Assembly: GCF_009914755.1 (NCBI RefSeq)
Contig: NC_060926.1
Strand: one strand, 5' to 3'
From: the human T2T-CHM13v2.0 reference genome, Homo sapiens
Length of the DNA stretch: 64,000 bases
Shown piece by piece: positions 14,410 through 27,147 of the stretch. The notes beneath the pieces were generated by a model. That model was not told the DNA's origin and ran no database searches. It worked only from the letters and a program-made list of their open reading frames with translations. The stretch's first letter is position 1. Each line of letters begins with the position of its first letter. A program made the position numbers and the translations under genes.

Positions 14410-15655
14410 ATATATAATACTTTAAATTCTAGGGTACATGTGCACAATGTGCAGGTTTGTTACATATGTATACATGTGCCATGTTGGTGTGCTGCACCCA
14501 TTAACTCGTCATTTACATTAGGTATTTCTCCTAATGTTATCCCTCCCCACCTTCCCCCACCCCACAACAGGCCCCAGTGTGTGATGTTCCCCTTCCTGTG
14601 TCCAAGTGTTCTCATTGTTCATTTCCCACCTATGAGTGAGAACATGCGGTGTTTCGTTTTTTGTCCTTGTGATGGTTTGCTGAGAATGATGGTTTCCAGC
14701 TTCATCCATGTCCCTACAAAGGATATGAACTCATCATTTTTTATGGCTGCATAGTATTCCATGGTGTATATATGCCACATTTTCTTAATCCAGTCTATCA
14801 TTGTTGGACATTTAGGTTGGTTCCAAGTCTTTGCTATTGTGAGTAGTGCCACAATAAACATACATGTGTATGTGCCTTTATAGCAGTATGATTTATATTC
14901 CTTTGGGTATATACCCAGTAATGGGATGGCTGGATCAAATGGTATTTCTAGTTCTAGATCCCTGAGGAATTGCCACACTGTCTTCCACAATGGTTGAACT
15001 AGTTTACAGTCCCACCAATAGTGTAAAAGTGTTCCTATTTCTCCACATCCTCTCCAGCACCTGTTGTTTCCTGACTTTTTAATGATCACCATTCTAACTG
15101 GGGTGAGATGATATCTCATTGTGGTTTTGATTTGCATTTCTCTGATGGCCAGTGATGATGAGCATTTTTTCATGTGTCTTTTGGCTGCATAAATGTCTTC
15201 TTTTGAGAAGTGTCTGTTCATATCCTTCGCCCACTTGTTGATGGGGTTGTTTTTTTCTTGTAAATTCTTTTGAGTTCTTTGTAGATTCAGGATATTAGCC
15301 CTTTGTTAGATGAGTAGATTGCAAAAATTTTCTCCCTTTCTGTAGGTTGCCTGTTCACTCTGATGGTAGTTTCTTTTGCTGTGCAGAAGCTCTTGAGTTT
15401 AATTAGATCCCATTTGTCAATTTTGGCTTTTGTTGCCATTGCTTTTGGTGTTTTAGACACGAAGTCCTTGCCCATGCCTATGTCCTGAATGGTATTGCCT
15501 AGGTTTTCTTCTAGGGTTTTTATGGTTTTAAGTCTAATGTTTAAGTCTTTAATCCATCTTGAATTAATTTTTGTGTAAGGTGTAAGGAAGGGATCCTGTT
15601 TCAGCTTTCTGCATATGGCTAGCCAGTTTTCCCAGCACCGTTCGTTAAATAGGGA
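14410..15655 (-). mobile_element. 5'-truncated L1PA (young primate L1): 3' UTR plus ORF2 C-terminus
   Basis: ORF 14619-15221 [44 protein letters not shown]... is L1 ORF2p C-terminal domain; typical 3' UTR end. Confidence 0.97.
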
Positions 15656-16489
15656 TGAGTGATTGTGTAATACAATCAGCTTTTGAATGATGTTTCCCTC
15701 TTTTCTGGATCACAGTGTTGCTCTAACGGTTCTCCGTGTCTCTGACCTCTACTTTCTCCTGCTCCCAACCTCTAATCATTCCACACGGTGAGGCAAAATG
15801 AATCCTCCTGGAACAAGCTCCAATCAGGTTGCCCCCTTGCTCTGAAACATCCCATTATTCCCTACTGCTTATCAAATACAATTCAGAGACCTTACTGTGG
15901 CATGTAGGAGCCTCCATGGTTGGGCCTATTTTGATACCATTATCTTCCACTGAATGGCCTTTTCACTATTCCTCAAACACTCCTGGGTTTTGCCTTTGCT
16001 TTATTACTTTTGCAGCCAAGAAAATAACTCATTCTCACCTTTTCAGGCCAGCTCCAACCCATTTTAAGACCTAATCCAAGTGTCATTTACTATATAAAGT
16101 CTTCTTTACATGCATTCACTTAATAGGCTTCACTGAGCATCACTGTGGCATAGTCTATTCTAGATGCTGAAAAATGGCAGTGAGTAGAAAGATTAAAAAG
16201 CCTTGCCCTTAAGAATCTCACCCTTCCAAACCTTATCCTCCCTTCCAGTCACAAGTAATTTTGGCATTCTCAAGGTTATCTGGTTATACATCAATTATGC
16301 AAGTTACCATATTCACCTCATATGGAATTGTAAGCAGCTAGACTGGAGTGGCCCCGTTTTGAAACTTCTTACCTGGTACTGTGTAATCAACAGATTTTTT
16401 ATGCGAAGGGAGAATAATAACCATTCCATATACTGATGGTTTAACTATATATTAAACCCTTTACTAAACCAAACGTTAGTACTACAATA

Positions 16490-16625
16490 ACCTTGTAATA
16501 AAGTGAATAATATATCTGTGATCCCTATTCTATAGATTAGAAAAATAAGGCTCAAAGAGATTAAATGACTTGTCAAAAGTCTCACATTTGCTAGTGGGGA
16601 TGCCAGAAGTCTGGATCTTTCAAAG
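16490..16625 (-). mobile_element. MIR fragment
   Basis: TATAGATTAGAAAAATAAGGCTCAAAGAGATTAAATGACTTGTCAAAAGTC core. Confidence 0.7.
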
Positions 16626-16694
16626 TCTGTTCATTAATTCTGTGTTGTGCTGTCTAGATTAGCAAGTAAGAAAGGAAAAGAGGGAGAAGGGTCA

Positions 16695-16922
<228 letters not shown>

Positions 16923-17636
16923 TCATGAAATCTAGACTTCAAAATAGTTTACTAATTTGTAGTCTATGTGCATAACTGCTCACATGTACCTTTAAACATG
17001 TTAATATGTGTCAATGGGTAAGACAACACAAACACAACACAGGTAAGTTTACTTCACAAATATAATAACTAGATAATTCCCCATAGACAAAATAGCTTTA
17101 AGTGTGTTAAGAGATATGAAAACTTTTGAACATGTTAATTCACATCTGACCAGCGTTTTGCTCTGTTAACATCCAAAAGCATATCATTCTCATTTCTTGT
17201 TAATAATACTGTCATCTGCAATTCATTTAACTAACACCAACCAAAGTCATAAAATCCTGCTAATTCTCAATAAAGCTCTGAAAAGACAGATAGCAATAAA
17301 AATCATATAAAATATGAAGCTTTAAGAAACTGCTAATTATCATTACTATATGAATGTAGTAATTACAAACCTGACCTGAATTTCATCTCCTTGACATTAT
17401 TGCTATACGGTGCTTCTAGATGTAATACTATTAGCCTTTGATCCTAGATAGTACTACTAGTATATTTTTTAAGACTTTATATCAAGTAGACTATGGGGGC
17501 AGAATCCATTAAAATAACACAGAAGTACCAGAAATTCATTTCATAATCATTTATGTTCAAAAGAAGCAAAATATTCTTACGTATCAAAATGTCACCAGTT
17601 AACCCAATGGAAAGTGGATTTTGCCTCAGTGAAAGC

Positions 17637-17905
17637 AGGTGTCACAACTCAAGGGCTACAAGGGCCCAGCAGGAATGGAAGAGTAGGCTCAATCTAAAGG
17701 CGCAGCCACTTCTTTGCTGTGGCCCGCTCACATCACGTGTGAGGCCTAATGGACCCAGATCTGGTTTTTCTACAGAAGCCAGAGATTCTGATTTAAGGCT
17801 GAGTCTCCTAATTTGTAAATACTAAGCAACTAGCATTCAATATATTTAAAAACACTATTTCAAACAAAACTGTCTATGGGCCACAGTCAGCAGGAGTTAC
17901 TGGTT
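17637..17905. mobile_element. MER103-like hAT fossil
   Basis: AGAAGCCAGAGATTCTGATTT..TCTCCTAATTTGTAAAT..TTAAAAACACT resembles recalled consensus. Confidence 0.5.
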
Positions 17906-18689
17906 CTCTAAGTTTAGGAAGCTCTGGAGGGTGGTGACCAAAGGCTGAAAGTGTCTTTCCAGTCAGTTCCCACCATCTTTCTCTCGGCCATCTATTCCCT
18001 CTAGTCCCCATCTTCCTCATCCCACTAGCTCCACATAGCCTGGGCAATCCAAGTCTACTCTGGTTAGAAGACTCAAGATATGACCCAGGTCATGTTTGAT
18101 TAGGTGTGTTTTATTCTTATGTCTAAACTGATTCCAGAGGTTCGCAATGTGACCACCTATTCAGAGAAAAGGAATGATGTTTACTAAGGACAAACTATAT
18201 ATCAGGTAGTGTGTTTACTAATTTCTATTAAATCCTCAGAAGTCTGCAAAATAGGCCACAGTCCCATCTTTATGAATTAAAAAAACCAAGGTTTGACTTG
18301 AAACTTACCTGATTTCAAAAATCTCCATGAGATTTCTAATCTGTGAACTTAAACGTAACCCTCAATCCATGGCTGTCTAAATGCTGACATATGGGTGTGA
18401 CCAAAAAGACTATGTGGAGTCATACCCAAAAAAATCTAATTTAGCACCAAATAACTTGACCCTTACATACATAGGATGCGAACACTTAACTCCTAGAATG
18501 TTGCATACAATTATAGCGTCATGCATATGTTAACATATTGCTAGAGTTATTAGAGGTGGCCTCCCTATGAGCATGTTCTGAAACATCTGAAATTTTGTCA
18601 TAATACATTCTGTGTTAAATCTTTTGAAACTAATACAAATGACAATTATAACAATAAAGAAATATTTAGTGAATAATTACTATATATAT

Positions 18690-18885
18690 ATATCAGACAT
18701 TTTCCTAAGCACTCTCCATGTATTAACTCATTTAAGTGGAGAAATAACTGTATGCAATAGGTAATATTACCTTCAATTTGCAGATTAGGAAACTAAAACA
18801 TAGAAAGATAAAGTAACTTTTTCAAGATTGTACCACTAGTAAGTAATAGAACAGGGATTTGAAATAAGACATTTTGGTCTTAGAA
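18690..18885 (-). mobile_element. MIR
   Basis: CCTAAGCACT..TATTAACTCATTTAA..TTTGCAGATTAGGAAACT.. Confidence 0.7.
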
Positions 18886-19297
18886 GCTACAATATTATTC
18901 AATATATTAGATACCTTTTCTATATATGAAACCTAATAAAAATAGCCTTATGAGAATCTTATTATTTTGAAAAACAGTTTACCAGTAGAACCAGTGTGAA
19001 ATTAAGTGAGTTAGAAAAAATATGTATTTATTTATGTTAACAACTATTCAATCATTAAGATCATGTTCAGGTAAAGTGACTCAACCTAGGAAATAAGTTT
19101 TGTAAAACAAAAATAAAATTCTAAGTCGCCAACTAACTGAATGGATCCTCCCCTTTTGGCCATGAAGGTCACAAAGAAAATCTGAAAAACTATTCAGGTC
19201 ATAACAGGAAGGGAGGTTGGATATGCCTCCTTATACCCTCTTGTCTTTTGGAGTTTAGGCGCAAATGGCCAGCACTGGCATTAAGATGTAAATCATT

Positions 19298-19585
19298 GGC
19301 CAGGCTCATGCATGCAATTCCAGCACTTTGGGAGGCCAAGGGTGGATCACGAGGTCAGGAGTTCAAGATCATCCTGGCCAACATGGTGAAACCCCATCTC
19401 TATTAAAGAAACAAAAAATTAGCTGAGCATGGTGGTGCATGCCTGTAATCCCAGCTACTCAGGAGGCTGGGGCAGGAGAATTGCTTGAACCTGGGAGACA
19501 GAGGTTGCACTGAGCTGAGATTGCACCACTGCACTCCAGCCTGGGTGACAGGGTGAGAATTTATCTCAAAAAAAAAAAAAAAAAA
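19298..19585 (+). mobile_element. Alu (AluS-like) inside MER4 LTR
   Basis: Alu dimer with poly(A); small deletion near 5' end. Confidence 0.95.
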
Positions 19586-19851
19586 TAGATCATAAGACTG
19601 ACAAAACAGACTTGGTAGCAATAAGATCCCCAACTCCAACCTGACTCTGGTATAGCATTAAATAACAAATAGCAGGCCCTAGAGGAAATCAAAGTATTTT
19701 ATCCCAAAATGTATTTTGTTGACATATTTTGAAATGGCCCTGCAAAGCTATCATTTGCAGGAGAAATTTGCATTCTATAGAGAATCTCCTTCCCTTTCCA
19801 GGTCTTTTCCTGATCCAGGAGAGATTTAACTAAGAGTTTGATACCTTTTAA

Positions 19852-20284
<433 letters not shown>

Positions 20285-22049
20285 TACACCACCCCATTTA
20301 TCTTAACTCAAGCATTTCTTTCTGCTGACTTCTAATCTTTCAGCAAAGCTTATCAACCAACTGACAATCAGAAAATCATTGAATTCATCTGTGAGCTCCC
20401 CTTCCCACCAGCTCCATGATATCCCGCCTCTCTGGGCCAAACCAATGAATACCCTACATTTATCGATTTATGTCTTTGGCTATAACTTCTGTATCCCCAA
20501 AATGTATAAAACCAAGTTGTAACCCAACTACTGTGGGCACATGTTCTCAGGACCCCCCTGGGGTTATCATAGGCCATGAGCACTCATATTTGGCTCAAAA
20601 TAAACCTCTTTAAATATTTTACAGTTTGGTTTTTTTCATCAACAGCTTCTTACAAAAATATCACAAGAGTCTAAATATACAAGAAAGGCAAAAAGCAAAG
20701 TATTCAATCATTTATAGTGAGTTAATCACACTTGTGTCACTCTAAAACATAAACCTTAGAGTAACTAATCCTTTGCATGTGACAAATCTTGTTTTTAAAA
20801 TAAGTAAACTCCTTGCCATGGCTCCAAACAGAATTATTCTGTCTAGAAAAGAAACACTGGGTGATAATATATCCTTTTTCAAAGAGTGATAAAGATTTTT
20901 TTAATGAATGTTTTTATACTTATCTATGAACCCATCATCTAGGAAATGTTCAATATATTGTTGTAGTTTTGATTCACAGTTTTTTTTCTTTCTGGAAAAG
21001 TTTGTTTTTGTTTTTGCTTTTTACCTTACTAAGTAATACAGATATGTTCAATCTGATAAAATGTCAATATAATCCAAATAATGTCTAGAACATTATGGGT
21101 CTAATTAATGGTGAAATGAACAAAAGAAAAGTAACTCAACAATTTTTTTAAAAATTCTGAAACAAATATTAATAGCGAGGAATTCATATATTTACAATTG
21201 CATAAAATCTATAGATTTTTAAAACTATACTCACACTTATAAATGCAAGTGTTACTGCTTCAAGTCTATGCAGCTGATATTCTTTTATTTTCCTTCCTAA
21301 AACTTCCTACTCATGCCCAGTAAAATAGGGAGCAATATAGAATCTGAAGCTCACATAAGGTTTAACAGTGGATCTTAGAGTGTTTCCTAGGACACACTGC
21401 AGTGGAGAACTAGCTGTCATAAGTGCTGATACACTGTTTCTGTTGGGTTTAGAAATGTCACAAGATGTCTCATAGAAACATATGTAATTCATTAAAAAAA
21501 ATAAATACAACTCCAAAATCTTAGGAAATAGCATTTCTTAAACATTACTTACCAAATTGTTTTGCTTTACTAAATACTATACATAGAATCTTTCTTGGCT
21601 CTTAACTTCTTCAGCCTGTATCTAGAAACCAAACTGTTAGGTGATTTCCTAATCACTCCCTATTAATAGTTCCACTAGTGTCAGACGGAGGTGCTTCAGG
21701 CCAAAGTTCTTAAAGAAATTTGAGTCTGTCTCTCATCAAAATGCCATCTCTGCACCTTTTCTATAAATTTCCCCCAAAATTTTCCTTTAGCCACTCTTTA
21801 GAACAGGTTCAGGAATAGAAAACTCACCAATGTAGAATATTCCATTTTCAAACAATTTTACTTGCAAGAGAATTGTTCCTTTGAAGTACCTGAAGAAACT
21901 ATGTTTCTATTATTCTCCTCATATATCTCTCTATGTAATTCTAAGTACAGTGACTTAAAATTGCCAGTTTATTAAGATAATTACTCCAACTACCATATCA
22001 GCTTCTACTGGGAAAACTGACCCCACAAAAATAAATAAGCCATTTAAAG

Positions 22050-22414
22050 TGGTCCCCAACCTTTTTGGTACCAAGGACTTTTTTGTGGGAAGATAATTTT
22101 TCCATGGACTGCAGGGTGGGGTGGGAGACGGATGGTTTCAGGATGAAACTGTTCCACCTCAGATCATCAAGCATTAGATTCTCATCAAGAGCACGCAACC
22201 TAGATCCCTCGCATGACCAGTTATATCCCTCGCGTGCCCAGTTCACAATAGGGTTCGCACTCCTGTGAGAATCTAATGCTGCTGCTGACCTGACAGGAGG
22301 TGGAGCTCAGGCGGAAATGATCCCTCTCCTGCCACTCACCTCCTACTGTGCCTCCCAGTTCCTAAAAGGCCACTGACTGATATTCATCTGCAGTCTCGGA
22401 GTTGGGGACCCCTG
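22050..22414 (+). mobile_element. MER1-type hAT (Charlie) element
   Basis: TIRs GGTCCCCAAC..GTTGGGGACCCCTG; 8-bp TSD ATTTAAAG at 22042-22049 and 22415-22422; internal ~21-bp diverged tandem duplication near 22201-22243. Confidence 0.9.
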
Positions 22415-23565
22415 ATTTAAAGAGTCTTAGAACACGGAAGATGACTTTCAGTAGAAATTTGAAATTATTGTAAGTCTGAAATAAATCAGCATGCCATAGA
22501 GTTTAGAAACACTTACATAACTCAATTCATATAATGGTTAGGCCAAACTATTTGGTTTATAAAATATAATAACTGAAAAATCTATACATCTTTTAGCTCT
22601 ACACTGAAAAATAACAACACCTGCCATGAAAAATAAATAAGGATTAAATATGTTCAGGTAAAGAGAAAAATATTATTGTACTACACTTCAGCAATCGTCT
22701 TTCTTCATTCTGCAAAGTTCTTTTCATCCCTTTACCCAGTACAAATACCAGTAAAACATATTGATAGATACTGCATTCAGCAGAACATTCTGTAATGCTG
22801 CTGTGTAAGAACAAGTTTAATATCTGTGATATCTTTATTCTCATTCTTTAATCAAGTTTTGAAGCAGGTACTCATTTGCAATGCAGCTACCTTCATGTAC
22901 TCATGAGGTCTAGTGAGGGACTATGCAGCATATTCAAATAGGTAGTTGGTATGCATGATTCCCACAAGGACTTTTCTTAAATTGTATACTTGTAAGACAA
23001 TTTTCTAAATGAAGCCTATTAATGTTTTTGTCTACCTCTAAGTATAAAGTTCTGAAGTAATCTCCTACCCCATATTTTTGATTCCCAATGTTTATATAAT
23101 ATTGCTATCTAGATTTACTTCCCTCAATTAGATTCCTTTTGGAAAAATCATGTTTTACTTACCACATTTTCTTTCTCAACAGCTATTGTTTTCTCCTCAT
23201 CCAAAAAATAAATAAATAAATAAGCATTTCTGAAAAATAGCCCTGCCAATACTCCATTTTGATTGCATCACTTCCCTCCCCAGCACATTCAAATCAGTCT
23301 TTGGGAAGGTTAATGCCTTTCACTTTGGTGAAAGTACAGACCTAACTCCCTTTCCTGACCTTATGGGTCTTTGCCCCCTGCCCATCACCATGTAACACAA
23401 ATAATTCACACACTTGTCAACTTTTTAAATTCTCAAATATCTACTCACGTAAAAAGAACTTCCCTAAAGGAATATAATATGTTTTAGTCTTACACATCAG
23501 TCCAACACTTTAGCAAATTGGTTCAACTAATTTTAAAAAATGGCAATGAAATTTATATCACTTGC

Positions 23566-23643
23566 CTTGGTTCTAACGTTTGCATGCCAGTGAACAATCT
23601 CTGTACACTCCAATGTATTGCGAACAATGGTTTCCGATGCCCA
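23566..23643 (-). CDS. CERKL: CERKL alternative cassette exon 4b (78 nt, in frame; 558-aa isoform)
   Basis: [25 protein letters not shown](S); acceptor TTATTCACAG, donor AAG|GCAAGT (GC donor); same phase at both ends; peptide matches the recalled long isoform. Confidence 0.9.
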
Positions 23644-24189
23644 CTGTGAATAACATACCTAAATTGTAGTCACTACATTATGAGATAATTAAAATTATTT
23701 CTTATTGTTTCTGGAAATAATGTATTTATTTACTTGTATTTATAAAATATCTTCCCTCAATCTATCACAGACAAGTTAACCAATGGGTAGCTATTAAACC
23801 TATCAATTAATTTGCAAAAGAAGATCATCATATAGTTATGCCATGTGACCAGTATAACATCTTCCATTAGTGCTTCTCTAGATATATGGTAAAAGCAAAT
23901 AATTATAGATGCAAATGTATGCACATTAGTAAGTATAGAGTAGTACACTGTCATTTCCCAGTATTTTAATAATTAGATTCCTCTTTTTGCTTTCCTATGC
24001 CAGATCCTGAGAGATAGATGACCATGTCATATTATCATTAATTATTATTACATAGATATGAACAAGATAGAGCCAAAGTACATACACTACAAATATTTTT
24101 AAATGTTAGGTTCCAAATATGTAGCTAAAACTAGTGAAGGCATTTAATACATAAATGATATAACATATATTGATTAATAATATAACCTA

Positions 24190-24351
<162 letters not shown>

Positions 24352-26692
24352 TCAAGTCATAAAACAGCATTTATTCTTGAATATTTATATTTTAATCATG
24401 GGCAAGAGGACTAAGTGTTACTGGCCTGATGTTTTATAGCTTTATGTAAGAGAAGGTCATATATTTGTTTCAACTACATAAAGTCATTTGGGAATATCCC
24501 ACGCATAGTGGTTACCCAATTTGTCCTGGTGCCTGTTTAGTATTCCCTAAATAAGACACATGTCCTTTAAATCAGAGGCTTAGGAGGAGCAGTATTTTGG
24601 AAATAAGGCATATTAGCTGGCATTGAACAGTCAATCTTAAATCGGTTTGGCAACCTTACATGAATAAATTAGTCAAAAGGTTAGTGTAAGATTTACAAAC
24701 CAGAAGAATGTGTACTGGAACTGTTAGACTAAAAAGAGGAAGAGTTGGATGTGAAAATACAAAGTAAAGCCAACACCAATTATAAGAGACCCAGACCCAA
24801 GAAGGAGGGTGGCACACAGGCCCACCAGAGCTCAGACCCTCCGAGGAAATGAATCTGTCACTCTGTATCGCTGTCTCCACAGTCACTGATGCCCTATGCA
24901 GTATCGTAAATGCCAGTGAAGACAGGATAAACGGGCACACTGCAGATGGCACCAAGCATCACAACCACATTTAGCATTTTCCGGGGCAGCTCTGCCAGAA
25001 GAGACAGCCCAGCTGTATCCACCCATCAAAGATTTCTGCTGACTGACATGACATTGCAGATGGATTTTTTGTGTAAGAATGTGTGTCATTATATGCAAGA
25101 TTACATTAATCTTTCATGCTTGTCTGTCCCTGGTGCCAGCATGGTTCAAGCTTTTCCTACAATGTTTTTCGATATTGTTAAAAATTATTAGTCTTGGTGT
25201 CTAAAAGAATCATTCTGTATCCAGCAGTGTTACATTGTAATTCTCCCATAGCTTATTCAAAATGCCATTAACACTCACATGAATAAAACCTCTCTATATT
25301 AAATTCCAATCAGAAGAAAGCCATAATAAAACTACATATGAAACATTAATATTAATAAAGTTGAAAGGTTATCAAAGAAGATGTGTGCTGATCATTCATT
25401 TATAACTACAGCAAGTACTTACAACCTTAAAATGCAAAATAAAACATCTTACATATACACATTAAAAATAAGAATATTATGAAAAAATATTTATGCTAAG
25501 AATCAGTTCACCAAGCCTTACTTTTATACCAAAGCTTACATTGGTAAAGTTTTTCAAATCCAATAATGAGCTTTAGAACTGTGTTATTATTGAATGCTAT
25601 TTTTATTTTTTTAATTTGTAATAGTCTTTTTTTGATATTGTGGGTGGAATTTGATTATACACTAATGCAACCTGTCTGAAAATAGCAATTTTTAAGTAAC
25701 ATTGCAAAAGTCCAATAAAATCAAAGATCTAGAACAAAGAAACAAAATGAAAAGAACCTGACTATCTACATCTATAAAATATATTAGCAAAATGAACAAA
25801 ATGAATTAGTCTTTGGCCTCAGGAATTTGCACTCTGGAGATAGACAATATATGCTAATGAAATAATGAATTATAATATGAAGTAATAGGTGGTTATACAA
25901 AACAATGTTAGGCAAAAGGATAAAGAGTGATCTGGATTACTATTTAAATATAGTAGAAAGGACCAAATATGTATTTAGACAGGCTATTGTGGGCCCTGGA
26001 ATCAGTGACAGCCAGATTCAAATCATCCCCCTACAAACAAACAAAGAAAGGATTGCTAGATAAATGTAATTTCAAAAAATGTAACCCAGCCTCTTCTTTC
26101 ATCTATTTGCCTTTTCCTATGAGATTGCCAACCTGTGCTCTTTCTAAATAGGAGATGTGAAGCCTTCACAGTTTACAGGTCTTTGAACACAATTCTCACT
26201 GCTGGGAATTTCCCCCTCCCCTCTTGGGTGCAAATGCAACTTCCTCAGGAAGACAAGAAAGTCTTAAGGTTGATATTCAATGTTGATGAGAAAATCACCT
26301 GAAATAAAATCAGGTGAGATTTGATTTGGACATAAGGAAACATTTCTTGGTTTGGTGATAAAATTCTAGTGTGGGATATGATACTGAAATGTCATTTTCT
26401 TTCCTGTCCTGTAGGTACTTTAAAGTTAGTAAGCTCAAAACAGAATCCATTATGTATACCTTCAAATATATTCTCTCTCAAATATATTGTTCTTTTTGTG
26501 TTCCATCATCTACCCCAAGACAGGAAAATGACTTCTTTCTAGAGTGTCCCTTTCCTCCACTCTCCAGAACCACTCCATGGCCAAGGCCAGTTGTTTCTGT
26601 CTTTAAATTATGCCATAGCATTCCTCCATTTCTCCCAGCTAATTCCCTAAATTAGCTGATTGATCTGATCACTAAATATCTTTCATGTGTAG

Positions 26693-27147
26693 ACAAGTTA
26701 AGTATCTGTAACCAGAATATCTAAAATCCAAAACGCTTCAACATCTAAAAATTTTGGAGCAATGACATGGCGTTCAAAGTAAATGCTCATTGGAGTATTT
26801 TCTTTTTTTTTTTTTTTAATTTTTTTTTATTATACTTTTAAGTTTTAGGGTACATGTGCACATTGTGCAGGTTAGTTACATATGTATACATGTGCCATGC
26901 TGGTGCGCTGCACCCACTAACTCGTCATCTAGCATTAGGTATATCTCCCGATGCTATCCCTCCCCCCTCCCACCACCCCACAACTGTCCCCAGAGTGTGA
27001 TATTCCCCTTCCTGTGTCCATGATTTTCAAATTAGAGAGATGCTGAAGTGGTTAAGTATAATGCAAATATTCCAAAAGCTAAAAACATCCTAAATCTGTA
27101 ACAGTTCTGGTCCCAAGCCTTTCAGATAAGGGATACTCCACCTGTAC
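26693..27147. mobile_element. Tigger4a/Zombi MITE split by a young L1 fragment
   Basis: CAAGTTAAGTATC start and GGGATACTCCACCTGTA end; GCTCATTGGAG..GATTTTC internal motifs. Confidence 0.8.
26803..27022 (-). mobile_element. Very short 3' fragment of a young L1 (L1PA2-like)
   Basis: Close to recalled L1HS 3' UTR but with GAG (CTC on plus) rather than Ta-diagnostic ACA; poly(T); candidate TSD ATTTTC. Confidence 0.92.

Noticed and set aside
14619-15221. 200-aa ORF, the longest in the track
   Set aside because: L1 ORF2p C-terminus in a 5'-truncated element; no promoter or RT domain, so not a host gene
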